A stretch of 64,000 nt of DNA from Vermamoeba vermiformis (lineage: Eukaryota): contig JBEWZL010000137.1 in the NCBI GenBank assembly GCA_045837725.1, forward strand, positions 1-64,000, read 5' to 3'. This document shows, piece after piece, positions 23,643-43,140 of the stretch. The notes beneath the pieces were generated by a model. It ran no database searches. It saw only the letters and a program-made list of their open reading frames with translations, and was not told the DNA's origin. The position numbers were made by a program, and so were the translations under genes. Every line of letters starts with the position of its first letter. Position 1 is the stretch's first letter.

Positions 23643-24746
23643 ATGAGCACAAGCACAGAACTCAAAGAAAAGATAAAAGATCATTACAATAAGATATCAT
23701 CTTATTACAAAGAACTTTGGGGAGATAATATCCACCATGGCTTTTGGATTAAAGGCGACGAATCCAAAGAAGTCGCGCAGGAACAATTGATGCAAGAATT
23801 AGCAAAAGTCGGTGGAGGTAAACTTATTTACTGCTAATAATAAAAGCACAAAGCTGATAATTTGAGTAAGTTTTCAAAGGAGCAAAGATTGTAGATGTAG
23901 GCTGCGGAGTCGGTGGAGGCTCGATGTACCTCACTAAAAATTACAATGCCTCTGTCACAGGTATGTGGTATTTGCGTAATTTAAGTCCTAATGTTGCAAA
24001 GGCATTTCAATTTCGAGTGAACAGATCAAGATGGCCACGGAAGCTGCGTCAAAAGCAGGATTAAGTTCAATTCAATTCAAAGAAATGGATGCCGAGGCTA
24101 TTAACTTACCAGAGAGTGATGGCAAGACCGACTTCATTTGGATCGTGGAGGGTATGTATGGGAAATTTCATCGATTGAATTGACACCGGTGCTGTGCAGC
24201 GATGAGCCACTTCCCGCACAAAAAACAATTCTTGATGCACGCCAATCGATTGTTGAAGAAGAATGGACGCATTATAATTGCCGATTGGGTACGTATTGTG
24301 GCACAGCACTTGATCTGTAACATGTCTGATTAACCGTCAACAGTTCAAGTGCGAGCATTTAACGCCCGAGCAAGAGACAGGTGACTTGAAGAGCATTGAA
24401 GAGGGCATGTTGCTGCCTGAACTCAACACCATGTTCGATTACATCTCCTTCTTGCACGAGCGAGGTTTCAAAGTCGAGTACGTGCGCGACATCAGCCAAC
24501 AAACTGCCAAGACGTGGGACATTTGTTTGGGTCTCATCACCAACCCTTGTAAGCGCTTGAATTGATTCTATAACGGCGTGAGTTAACTGCTAATCTTTCG
24601 CAGCGTTCTGGTCGTTGGCCTGGCAGCACGGCAGCGAGTTTGTGTCGTTTTTGAAGAGCTTCAAATCGATGCGCAATGCATTCGGCACGACATTTAGATA
24701 CGGCATTATCGTCGCTGAGAAGATTGTTGATGCGCAACAGGCGTAG
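23643..24746 (+). CDS. Class I SAM-dependent methyltransferase (tocopherol/sterol methyltransferase-like)
   Basis: HYNKISSYYKELWGDNIHHGFW and IVDVGCGVGG motif I. Confidence 0.85.
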
Positions 24747-24778
24747 TCAGTCCGATGAGTAAACCTTGTAATGACACG

Positions 24779-25820
24779 TCATTTCCTTTCAACATGTAGT
24801 TTGGTCATCTCTTCCGCCAAATCATCGCCCAAGGGACTATTGATTGAGTGCTTCAGCACGGTCAACATCTGCGGTAAAGTTTCTTTGAGCTCAACGCTCG
24901 CCTGGCGCCACATCGGTCCCAGCACAGGATCTGCGTCTAATATGGCGGGCAAGTCTAATATCTCCGGCAATGCTCTTAAGGCACGCAATGCATTCGCTGC
25001 TTTGTCTTTGATAGAGTTTTGAGTGCGCAACTTCAAGTAGCCGTTGTCGAGGGTGTGCAGCACTTGCGCGAGAGATGAGAGCACGTTGTCGTCAATAGCC
25101 ACGTCCTGCTCGATGAGTTGCATCAATTGTTCGAAATCAGCCGCGCTCATCAAGCGTGACACGTGCTTCTTGAAGACTGACTTGGCCTCGGCAAGTGTGA
25201 AACATTCCTCGTTGATTTCTCGTTTCATGGCACTGACTTTCAACTTCTTGCCCTTGTCACTTTACCAGCGTTAGTACGGATGAAAATACGTTCGTACCAT
25301 ACTGCACGTACCGTATTTGCAGAGCTGTGTTTCTGAATCGGTTGATCTTCTTCTCTTCGCTCAGATCGAGTCCTGCTTCTTTGAAACGCTTGAGAATGCC
25401 GGTCACATCGTCAAGCCCAGCTCTTTGCAGTGCTAATCTGTATTCAGGCAGCCAGGTGCACGATCGAATCTTGGTCTGAAATACAATGCTCGAACTACCC
25501 ACTGGGACTGCGGCATTATATCGTGGCTTGCTGTTGTTGCTGCAATGCAAATAAGCGAACTCTCGACACGTATAGAACAACTGTGCAGCATATAAACCGG
25601 GCAGATCATCGTTGGCAATGTTGTATTGGAGCATTAGCTCTTGTGACTCGCGTGCCAAGTACTTGTCGAGCGTGGTGGTCTGATTTTTCGCTTTAATGTT
25701 GCCCTCGATGTGTCCTAATTCGCCATGAATAGAAGCATTTCGAGTGTCTCTGACTGCGATGCTTCGTTTGACTTGGATTCCGTCATGTTCAATGGCATTT
25801 GACGCCAATAATTTCTTAAT
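24779..25820 (-). CDS. Hypothetical protein, at least two exons
   Basis: Adjacent 183- and 154-aa ORFs joined by a short GT-AG intron; start uncertain. Confidence 0.55.
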
Positions 25821-26113
25821 CTGCGGCAGAAAGAAGTAAATTAACTGGCGTTAATAAAATAAATTAAACAATATTGGAAATAAATTTGAACCATAAATCG
25901 AGGATCGCGGGACTATGCGGATCGTGATCGGAAAACAGAACGCTGGTTTAAAACCTACCTCGTTATGCTCTAATAATGACTCTACAATAAATGCGTGGGC
26001 CATGGATGTGTTGTCATTACATGGCGATATATAATCAAATAAAATCCCGAAGCCGCGTCAAAAAAAATCAGGCACGTGCTTGTCCAAAAACTCTTATTTC
26101 ATATATTACACGG

Positions 26114-29662
<3,549 letters not shown>

Positions 29663-29797
29663 AGTGACCTAATTGAACGCAGCGGACAGAATAAAAAATT
29701 CAAATTCTGCAGGTGTTAAGCGCCCAAAAAGCGCGCGCTTTTACGAGCAACCGCGTTTTTTTAGTTTCAGTCATTTATTATTACAATCGCAAGGAAT

Positions 29798-31700
29798 TTA
29801 CAACTTTTCGGTTCGAATGAAGGTTAAATCAGCGCCACACTGCAACTGGGTTATTTTGCTAATTGCGTGATCGAATCTCATCAGCTGTGGTGAACTTGGG
29901 TTCTGCAAGTATCCCAAACCAAGGGCTCCGTGCTGACCAAAACCCCACGTATAGACGTGTCCCTTCTCTATTAGCTCGTTAGCAATCATACTCAAAAACA
30001 AATCCAATTATTAATAACTACCTGTTAGAACCGCACTGTGATCACAACCAGCAGCGATTTGAATAATCTTTTCGTGATCAAATTGTCGGTAGTATTTGTT
30101 CATGGAGACAGGTCGGTACTGATCCTCGGTAACTTCCGGCAGAGCGAGTTTAGCATCTTTGTGCGAGCCCCAGCTAGCAATGTTTGTTAGAAGTGATCCA
30201 AAGACTAGATAATACTTACATATACAGTTGATTGTCATCGGCCAAAGCGAGCGAGTGTGATTGCCCACATGCGATCTGCTTAATATTCGTCAGCGGCGCG
30301 AAGTTAATCTTCGACGGTGCGAACAACGTGTTGCTAAATGTATTGTCAGACACCGAAACTAAATAATGAAGAGCACTTACTGGTGACCCACACCACACTG
30401 GCCGTGTTTGTTGCTTCCCCAAGAATACACGTGTCCCTCACGTGTCAAAGCCAGCATGTGGCCCCAGCCAGCTCTCAGATTGGTCACATATTGACCGCGC
30501 AACGAAGCAACGTGCTCGAGTTGTTTGTAGTTATCGGCGTGATCACCAGTGCCGAGAGTGCCGTGCTGACCTTTGCCCCAGGTGTAGACCTCGCCCTTAT
30601 CTAAACGCCTCCGTTAGATCAATCAAAGTGGTCTTGACCATACCGTTGAGGAAACCAAACGAGTACTGAGCACACGCGGCGTTGGTGAAGTTAATCGAGT
30701 CTTGATAGAACACTGTTGGCGTGGTGTGACGAATCATTGCAGCTCCGTTCGAGTCGCGCAACAGTCCGAAAGAGTAAATATACTTCTTGCCTATCAATAT
30801 AGATCGGGGTAAGTATTAGGGTACAGATCGCTTGCGAGTAGATCCGCTCACCAGTTTTCTTGTCAGTGGCAAATACAAACGAGGACCAGGGACCGCACAC
30901 TGCCTTGGTAACCACCAAGTCGCGTTCAGGATTCAGTTTGTTGAGTGAAATCTCTGTGGGAACTGAGCGGTCTTCAAAGTCCCCGAGTCCAAGCTGGCAA
31001 CTTGTTGTTAGAACCAAGTATGCGTTGTCTGTTCAGACCTACCTGTCCTTCGTCATTTCTCCCCCATGCGAATAATTTGCCTTGATCTACAGAACTGTTG
31101 TTAATTGTTTACGTTCAATTTGGGCAATGAACTCACCATTGACTCCCATCGCGTGATTCAAACCAACGAAAATTGACGTTATTTTCATTTTAGATAATAC
31201 ATCGTGCTTAACGGGATGGGAATGGAGTTGCAAATAATCTCCGCTGCCCATCTGACCGTTGTCGCAGCTGCCTGTCACCCAAAACGTCGGCGGGTGTTGC
31301 GTAGTTGTAGAAGGGTTGTATGAATTGGATTTTGTCGTAGTAGTAGCTGTTTGTGTTTGGAGACAACGCGTACTAAGCCTATTTTTGGTGGATCGCGTCA
31401 AACCCCTTCGAGTCACGCGAGCGAGCAATCGAGATGCTAACTGGTAATTTATTGTTAATTAATGATAATAATAATTTTAATGCTATAAATATTCCTTTTG
31501 GGTAGGCTCGGATCAAGATCTGAGGCATTCATGAAAACTTTTTAAAAACAAGGATGGCAAATAGATTGTAATATTTATAAATAATAAGCAATCGCTCGTA
31601 TTCTTGCAATTAAAGTTAAGCTATGTAAATAACAGCAATGACTATGCTGCAGCGATCTCCAAATGAATGAGGAATAATATTATAGTTACTTGCTTACCAT
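29798..31700 (-). CDS. RCC1-repeat protein with a mitochondrial-type transit peptide (RCC1L-like)
   Basis: Repeated GQLGLG/ACGQSHSL/AGCDHSA motifs. ATG|GT first exon, then Arg/Ser/Thr-rich LASRLLARVTRRG. Confidence 0.85.
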
Positions 31701-31997
31701 TTTGATTTGTTTATTGTTGTGCTGATTGACGTAATTTAGGAATAAATTTGCCTGCCATTCACGAAAAAATCGGCGCCGCGAGACACGTGATTGTGGGGCG
31801 AAAACTACCGGAAATCTGTCGCGACTAAACAATTACTTTCCCCTCTTTAAGGAGCATGCACTGATACTAGTATTGATACACGGACCGTTTGTGTAGCTAA
31901 CCTACAATAACTTGCTGGAGCCGATCATGAATTAGTCCCGCATCGGGTCGTTTTGTAGTACATCAAGTTTAATACAAAATTCGCAAATAATTACAAT

Positions 31998-34101
31998 TCA
32001 ATATACATCGTCGAGTTGCATGCTTTGACCTTGCGTGTTCATGTCGTCAAATATGCCGTCAACATTTAATCTTTGTTCGGGCTCGTAGTAACTGACGTCT
32101 TTCCACAACTTTGACAGCGCTAAATATAGACCAAACGCGACAGCAAATGAAATGAACCACGTGTAGTCGTACAACTTGGCGAGCCAGAATGGAACTAAGT
32201 CTTCTGAGAGCACACCTGTGACCACCAAAAATCCTGGCACAGTGGGAAGTACCGACACGACAACAGCCACCAATGAGCGCCAGTTCCAGCCTCGTGCAAA
32301 TCTATACAGCCCGTGTGAGTCGTACAAATCATCGATTTGCAAGTGCCCTTTGCGCAAAACAAAGTAATCGGCGATCATCACTGCACCGATGCCACCCATC
32401 AGCGAGGCCGAAGCAATGAGCCACTGAAAGATGAATGAGTTCGGCGAGGCCAGCAATCTCCACGGCAAGAAGAGCACACTAATCAGTCCTGATATCACGC
32501 CACCGATGCGGAATGTAATTCTTCGTGGCCAGATATTCGAGACATCGTTCGCGGCACTTACAAGATTTGCCGCAACATTCGTGGACAGCGTTGCCAGAAT
32601 GATGAATACACTGCCAAATGCGGTCAACCAACCATTATCAATTTCGGAAATAATATCCACCTAAAACAGCGTTGAGATTACGTTACTAATTACGACGCGA
32701 TTCAACTTACCGGGTTCCACAAAGGCTTTCCATACAAGATAATTGTGGCACTCGTGATGAATATTCCAAGTGCAGCCAAGAATAGCGATGTCGTTGGCAA
32801 GCCGAGCACTTGACCGACAATTTGATCTTTTTGGTGTTTGACGTAACGAGTGTAGTCCATTATGTTTAGCGACATAGTCACCCAACCGCTGATGACACCT
32901 GTCACACTCGTGAAAAACAATCTGACACGTTGTGGTGGTTCAATCTCAATGCCAAGCTGCTTTGATGCGTCTAAAACTTGACTGAAATCTCCAACTGACA
33001 CCCACGCCCAGACAAAGGCTCCAATCGGGACCAAAACTAGAAACGGGACCGACACGAGCTCTAAAATCTTAATTTTCTCTGTTCGAGTGTTATTAAGGTT
33101 TCTATAAAAGGACTATTAAATACAGTTAAGCTCATACCTGGACCGAAGAATACAATTGCCATGTTTGCAATCCAAAATATCCAAAAACAAAAGAACTCCG
33201 CAACGTTAATTCCCTGGAACTCACCCATTGAAGGGGCGCTCTTAATGACAGCTACGAGTGCGTTAGATAATGTTGTGCTACAAAGGCCTGAAGAACTTAC
33301 GTAAGAATATTGCAATGAAATTATAGATAGCTGCTCCGCCGATCCAAGTTTGGATGCCAAACCAACCGCAGCCTGTAAAGTCCATATTAGATCTGTGCTA
33401 TTAACGGCAATGATCACGACGTACCCACTAAGCCACGAACAATCGCAGCGATTTTGGCGCCATTAAAACCGAACATGGATCGCAAGAGAACTGGAAATGG
33501 AATGCCGTATTTGACGCCAGGGAATCCGTTCAATATCATGGGTACTAAGAGCACTAAATTTCCAATAAATACTGACACTGCAGCGGTGGAATTAGGTTAG
33601 AATTTAGCCGATCGGAAGTTCCGAGTACTTACAAAGGGCCTCCCACCATGTCAAGCCACCAGTAACCATTGCTGATCCAATCATATACGACGGTATATTA
33701 ATCTTACTCGATATTAGCAATTAAAGTAATATTAACGTTCTGAGTCATACCACCATTCCCATCCACAACGCCATAATGCTCCATTTACTCCAAGATTTTT
33801 CCTCGGGTGGCGTAGGTTGCATACCTAAGTTGCATATCATTATTATAATTATTTCAGAATTTTAAAGATTTTTTTAGTGAAGCAGAATCATAATCTTACT
33901 TTCTACTTCTGCCTGACTGTGCCATCCTGTCGAAAATGCCTCGAGAAAATTTCTGTCGAATGTATAATGGTGATCCTCAAGTGAGATATTATAACCATCG
34001 TTGTCTGGAACTGGATCGTTGTCATCCTGAATCTGGAGTTAATATGCGGCTAATAATACCACCAGTTTTATTACCAGACGAGCATCTACATAATCGCTCA
34101 T
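31998..34101 (-). CDS. NCS1-family nucleobase/allantoin:cation symporter
   Basis: PGVKYGIPFPVLLRSMFG, MSLNIMDYTRY, LWNP, LSTNVAANLVS and MIADYF motifs; many TM segments. Confidence 0.9.
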
Positions 34102-34232
34102 TAATTGTGTTATTGAGCACCACTGAAACTACTGAATGGAATTTTCACTCGGAACGTAAGTAAAGGTTATTTTTAGACCAAGCCGTTTTTTGCACCATTC
34201 AATTGATAATAATACGGAGAAATTTATTACAG

Positions 34233-36103
34233 TTATTTCCAAAGACTCTTAGCGTACCACGCGCTAGATTGGAATTCTTCACGCAGAGGTTTGTTGCTCG
34301 TCAAATACTCCTGCCACAGACCACCAGTAATTTTGTACAAAAACGACAGGTAAGAAGGACTATTGAGGTATTAATACTACATTGAGTAGGGCAGATATCG
34401 CTCTTACCGAATATTATGCGGCTCCCAAAGACCAGCATAGAACACCAGCGCAGTGAAGAACGAGTACAACAACTCAGCACCGTAGGGCAGTGGCTTGATC
34501 TTGCCGAGCATTGTCAGATGATTGAACACGGTTTGAATGGCCTGTATTGTTGATCAATATTGTTGGTCAATATGGGTCGGTGTCTAATGACGGTTGACTC
34601 GTACCTTTGCAAAAATGTACATTGAAATCTCGAGTGATGAACTCAAATACGACGAGAGGCCTGCAATAAATCCCGCGACTAGTGTATTGATTGCGTCATC
34701 TTTTCCTCGTGTTATTCTGGATAAGCGAGGATTAGCATGACTGCAAAAAAAATATTATTACTTACCTCAAAATGCACTTGACGCAACGAGACAGCGCAGA
34801 AAGAAGACCTAAGAACAAGCCAAAGCGCAACTATGTGACATTAATAACATTGCACAACACAATAGCTTCTTACTTGTTGTTTGCCAAAGCTCTTCATGAT
34901 GACATCTTTCAGTGTCTTCGCGTTCAAGGCACGAATGCGCAACAAATTGGAAGCAAGTGCCAGCAGTCCCTTAAACACGATTACAACGCTATTAAGAGCT
35001 TATTGATACTTACTTTGAGCCCATAGCCAAACAAAAATGACTGACTGAAGTTTGTGATCCAGTGCACTTCGCAGCGAGTACCGTGTGTTCTGTGCGGGCA
35101 CACATGGTCCTTCTGGGGCTCTGAGAACGCATAAGCACTATATAATCAGTGAGCACTCTTTACCTTCGCCCAACAACGCGAGGCTGTGACCGCTCAACTT
35201 GCGTTCCAATAGTTGTGGTTTGCCCTCTTCGCCGTTCAAGAACTTCACGATCGCTCCTACATTATTAAGACACTCGGGCTTGTGTTTTTGATAGTAGCTG
35301 AGCACTGCCCAAGACACTGCAAATAAAATGCCCATGCTGTGCTTGATAGGCTTGACGACACCTGCGATGGATCCGTTAGGTCATCGGTATATTTACGGTC
35401 ATTACAAGAATTACCTCTATCAACGAGCATCCTCCATATAGTTTCAATTCCAACGTTGAATACATACACTGCTAGCTCTTTTCTGCGTCCTGGGTGCTCA
35501 ACGAGGATCGAGATCAAAGCTGAGATGAAGAAACTGCCAAAAAAGTACAATCGGTATGCTCTTTGTGTCAAACCAACCAATGTGCATTGCATGGCTACGA
35601 ACAAGCCTCCATATATTGCTGTGGGTACTGGATTAGTTCATCGATCCAAAATGTGATTCCAATAGAACATTTTATTTATTAAAAGGGAATTGCATATACT
35701 TAAGTAATGAATGAAATGATAAATTTTGTTATTAGAAAAAATGGGTTCGCTGGATCTGAGGACGGAAGTTAATTTCCGTCCAAAAGATTAATTCGGTTAC
35801 AAGCTCATCAAATTAAATAAATATTATAATTAATTGATATTGTATAATATTAACTTGCGCAATGAACTTACATAAAAAGGAGCTGCTCCGAAGGATCGCG
35901 GGTAAAGTTTTCTTTATCAAGTGCTGAAAGCTCTTTCGTCCAATAATGTGTGTTACCAAATATAGAGGACTATAGAGTTTCAATGCCGCGAGAAATGGAT
36001 ATAAGAACGCCTTGCCAGTGAAGTGCAGATGCGAAGGAGTTTTAGCGTGCAGTACCTCATTGCAGGGCTTATAAAACCAATGCAGCTCCTTTGAGTGCGA
36101 CAT
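34233..36103 (-). CDS. TMEM135/PMP52-like membrane protein
   Basis: PCNEVLH...LKLYSPLYL...ILRSSSFL and ISILVEHPGRRKELAVY. Confidence 0.75.
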
Positions 36104-36331
36104 CTCGTCCTCTGCTCACGATTGAAAGTTTTTTGTCCGAGGATCGAAAATCTTTTTTAGTAGATTTCAGCTTTGGTAACATCAGGGGACGAACCGGACT
36201 TGAAAAAAGGAATCACAAGTATATCAACCTGTGCCCATACTATTGTCCGCAGGCGTAGTCCGTAGGTCAAGTTGGAAGGCTCGTCCGAGTTAATTATGTA
36301 CATCGGGACTTTTAATTACAATACAAGACAC

Positions 36332-38335
36332 TTAGTCCCCAAAGTGCGAGTGTTTTGGTCGTTTGGCCTCAGAGCCGTGATTGTCATTTTGATGGGCCTG
36401 CGAACTGTCTGCTCGTTTGCGCTTGTTGTCGGTTGGAGTATTGACAGTATTTCCTTCTTCCGCAGCATCATGCCTCTGCGCACCATTTGCCGCATCTATA
36501 TTTACATTGGTGTTATTAATGTCGTTAATATTGCTTTCCTGATTGCCGTCTCCGTCCAAAGAGATTTCAATTTTGTTCTCGGTGCCACTTTGAGGATTTG
36601 CACTCGAGTTAGTATTATTTAAATTGATATTATTTAGCTGCATAATATTCATTTTGATCAAATTCAAATCAATTTTCTTGGCATTGAAGGCCTTTTTCTT
36701 TCGTTGATTTCGTTTTTTGTTCTCAAAATGACAATGTTCTGCTTGATGACCGTGGTTTTCACTCAAATAAGCTGGTTTGCCGTTAATGTATTGTCGTTTC
36801 ATGATGACTCGTTTGCGCTGTTCTGGATCTGGATTTGGTGAGCTCAATTTCCGATGCGCAGATATTTTGCGTGATATTTGCAATGACATGCGCGCTATTT
36901 GTGCATTCAGCTTTGGATCAGTTTCACTGAATCCCTTTCGCTTGGTGAGGTACGCACGGAGAATTGAAATTTCCGCAGTGCAGTCGTAACAATGATCAAT
37001 GCCTTCACCGCGAATGCTGTGTCGATAACGCCCCACGCGTGTGACAGTGTTGAAATGGAACATTTTCTCTTCGTACTCGGTGTTGTCGTATTCAATTTCA
37101 GGGGCGTTGAAATCAGCTATCAAGCGCGACTCTGTGGTCGTGACTGGACCCCACACGGGCAAGTAGATCTCGCCTGCGAGATACTTGGTTTTGCCTGCGC
37201 GCCACGACAGTCTGAACTTGAGCATGCTCTTGCGCGCACCCATCAACTTGTGCCACTGACTTTGATTCGCCATGTCTTTGGCCACTTGTTGCTCGGTCTC
37301 TTCTTCGGTCAGCACCGTCGGATCTGCGCTCCGAATGTCTGAAATGAACAAAATGTCTTTGTATAAAACACCGAACTCTTGTGCCAATTCATCCGTGAAC
37401 AGTGTGTTGGCACGCAATGCTATCTGCGGCAATCGTTCTTTGACCGTGAATGGCGCGGGATCCACGAGCACAAAGTTGACGTCGGGAAACATGTTCGACA
37501 AGTACTCAATGTGCGTGCCTGGTGCGGCCCCTGCATAGATCACAGTCGTGCCAGGCAGTGCGTGCAGAGTCAAGAACTCAATCTCGGACAACAACAGCTT
37601 GCGTTGTCCCCAATGAATCACTGTCTTCACCTCTTCGCGCCGTCGTCTGTACTTCATGCGCGGGGCATTGGTCTGCAACACGCGCGAGAAGCTGATGTCT
37701 GTGCGGCTGTGGTACTCGTTGTTGTGCTCGACTTGCTTGCAGTGTGGATTGCGCGTTAAATCTTCCCACGCAGCTAATCTCTCGCAGAGCATTGGTTGGT
37801 TAAACACATCCAGGACTAAATTTAGAAAAGACGTCAATTTATGAAAATTATCGTTGTCGCTATTTTATACAGTATACACGCTGTATCGTAAATATTAATG
37901 GTATTATAGATATCGCGCTCCTAAATTATTGATATTACTGAGGCCATTGTGCTTGGAAGAATTTGAACGATTCTAAATTATTTCTGTTTGAATTGTCTAA
38001 TTTTCAAAATATTTTACGTACCGTCATAATTAATTTCATCTATACTAGGTGCATTATTTGTATTTTCCTCTTTTTTCTCTTCCTCTCCAGCTTGATCCTC
38101 GCTATTTGTAATTAATTGAAACTCATCCGCATCTTCTTCCGCAGCGACATTCTCATCCTCATTGTACGATATTATAAGACTATCGTCTGGTGGTGACTCC
38201 ATTGAATGCAATACCTAGGCATAATCGTGTTAGTCGTGTCATCTGGATCCGTTGTGGCATAACAAGAAAACCACAATGGCAAAGCATGAATATTATAACA
38301 AATTTACATCAATTGAGCGCATGACTTACGGTCAT
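36332..38335 (-). CDS. Poxvirus VP39-like cap-specific mRNA (nucleoside-2'-O)-methyltransferase (exons 38330-38335, ~38021-38215, 36332-37815)
   Basis: [41 protein letters not shown] and ESRL motifs (K-D-K-E tetrad). Splice phases join an acidic N-terminal exon. Confidence 0.85.
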
Positions 38336-38435
38336 CAGTGCACTCTCGGGACACAAAAAGGAAAATTGTTGTTGCTGTTCATTTCAACTGTTCGGTGCAA
38401 TCACAACACCACACCACTCAACTACAATTATCAAC

Positions 38436-40186
38436 ATGTCGCAAAAATTAAAAGACGAATTGTCTTATATTGAAAAAGTCGGAAATTGCAAGTATCGCAT
38501 CAAGGAAGGCTTCGTTCCAAACATGAAAGTACCTGGCACTTTTTATGTTAACGATGCCTTGAAAGATATTTTGTTTGAAGAATTAGAGCACTCTGGACAA
38601 GGTGCTGGAGGATTCTTGCCAGCGGTAAGTGGGATCTGAAAAAATCAAAAAAAATTAGAAAAATATCTGAAATATTTCTAATTAGGTCAAACAAATAGCC
38701 AATGTGGCTGGATTGCCTGGTATTGTCGGTACCTCACTCGGAATGCCTGACATTCACTCTGGGTAAGTACTAGCCCTGGAGAAAATTAACAGAAATTACG
38801 GATCCAATTCAATTTTACGTAAACAACACTTATTTTGTAAACACGCAATATTTTGTGGCATATATTTGCTAATGTTCGAGTTTAGATATGGATTTGCTAT
38901 TGGAAATGTAGCAGCGTTCGACATGTCAGATCCAAAAGCTGTTGTATCGCCAGGAGGAGTTGGTTTCGATATTAATTGTGGTGTAAGATTGTTAAGAACA
39001 AATTTATCGCTTGAAGATGTATTGCCGGTCAAAGAAGAATTAGCGCAAAGTCTGTTCGATCACATCCCTGTCGGAGTCGGTTCGCAAGGCATTATTCCAA
39101 CCACTATGAAACAACTCGAAGAAGTACTCGAAATGGGCATTGATTGGTCACTTAGAGGTACGTATTAACACAAAAACAAAACTTAAACAAGTCCTAATTA
39201 TCATTGCAGAGGGTTACGCGTGGCCCGAAGACAAAGAACACTGCGAGGAATATGGGCGCATGTTGAATGCTGATCCACGCTGCGTGTCACAACGCGCCAA
39301 GAAGCGAGGTCTGCCACAGCTCGGCACACTCGGCGCGGGCAATCACTACGCTGAAGTCCAAGTAATAGAAGAAATATACGACAAACACGCAGCGAGCAAG
39401 TTCGGTCTCGACTTCAAGAATCAAGTGGTGGTGTTCATTCACTCAGGATCACGTGGTCTCGGCCATCAAGTCGCGAGTGATGCGCTGCGAGACATGGAAC
39501 GAGCCATGAAGCGCGATGGCATTCACGTCAACGACAGACAACTGGCCTGTGCGCGCATCAACAGCGAAGAAGGGCAGAACTATCTCAAGGCCATGGCTGC
39601 TGCTGCCAACTTCGCGTGGGTGAACAGACAGTCGATGACATTCTTGTGTCGCCAGGCCTTCGCCAAGATGTTCAAGTCCACGCCCGACGATCTGGACATG
39701 CACGTGATTTACGACGTGTCGCACAACATTGCCAAGATTGAAGAACACAGACTCGCTGACGGCAGTGTCAAACAGCTGCTCGTGCATCGCAAGGGCTCCA
39801 CACGTGCATTCCCGCCGCATCACCCGCAGATCCCAGTCGACTATCAGTTCACTGGCCAGCCCGTGCTGATCGGTGGCACCATGGGCACGTGCTCGTACGT
39901 CTTGACGGGCACCGAACAAGGCATGCGCGAGACCTTTGGCTCTACTTGCCACGGTGCTGGTCGTGCTCAATCGCGCAACAAATCACGCAAGTCACTCTCA
40001 CACCACGAAGTGTTGCAAGATCTGGCCAACAAAGGCATTTCAATTCGCGTCGCTAGTCCGAATCTCGTGATGGAAGAAGCACCCGAGTCCTACAAAGACG
40101 TCACTGAAGTCGTGAACACGTGTCACGAGGCAGGCATCAGCAAGTTGTGCGTCAAACTGCGTCCTATTGCCGTCATTAAGGGATAG
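38436..40186 (+). CDS. RTCB: RNA 3'-phosphate/5'-OH ligase RtcB (tRNA-splicing ligase catalytic subunit)
   Basis: [64 protein letters not shown] and C-terminal PIAVIKG. Confidence 0.98.
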
Positions 40187-40571
40187 ATATCGAACACTGC
40201 CGAGCTCAAGGGGACGGCGTGTGTATTGCGCCAGACGACCATAGAAATGTAATGTAGATCTGTTCAGATAAATTTGTACATAAATGCGGGATTAACTACA
40301 CGGTAACAGTCTTGGACTTGACGTGCAGTGACCCAATGAAAAAGCGAAATATTATTTGAAATCTCCAACAAAAGAGATAAAGACGCTTACTGGCCAAAAA
40401 CCATAAATAGTACTTCGGTTCAATTTAAATTTATTTCAAACAAACGCACGAACACCACACTAGCTTCACTAAGGTACGGAATTATCTAGAACCAGAACCC
40501 CCACACTCCCGACGAGCACCTAACCACCCTGATATTAAATTTTAAATTGCATTTTACGCACATAATATTAA

Positions 40572-43091
<2,520 letters not shown>

Positions 43092-43140
43092 GGAATTTTT
43101 GTATGTAGCGGTAGTAAACTTGTTAGTGTTATTGAATTTA

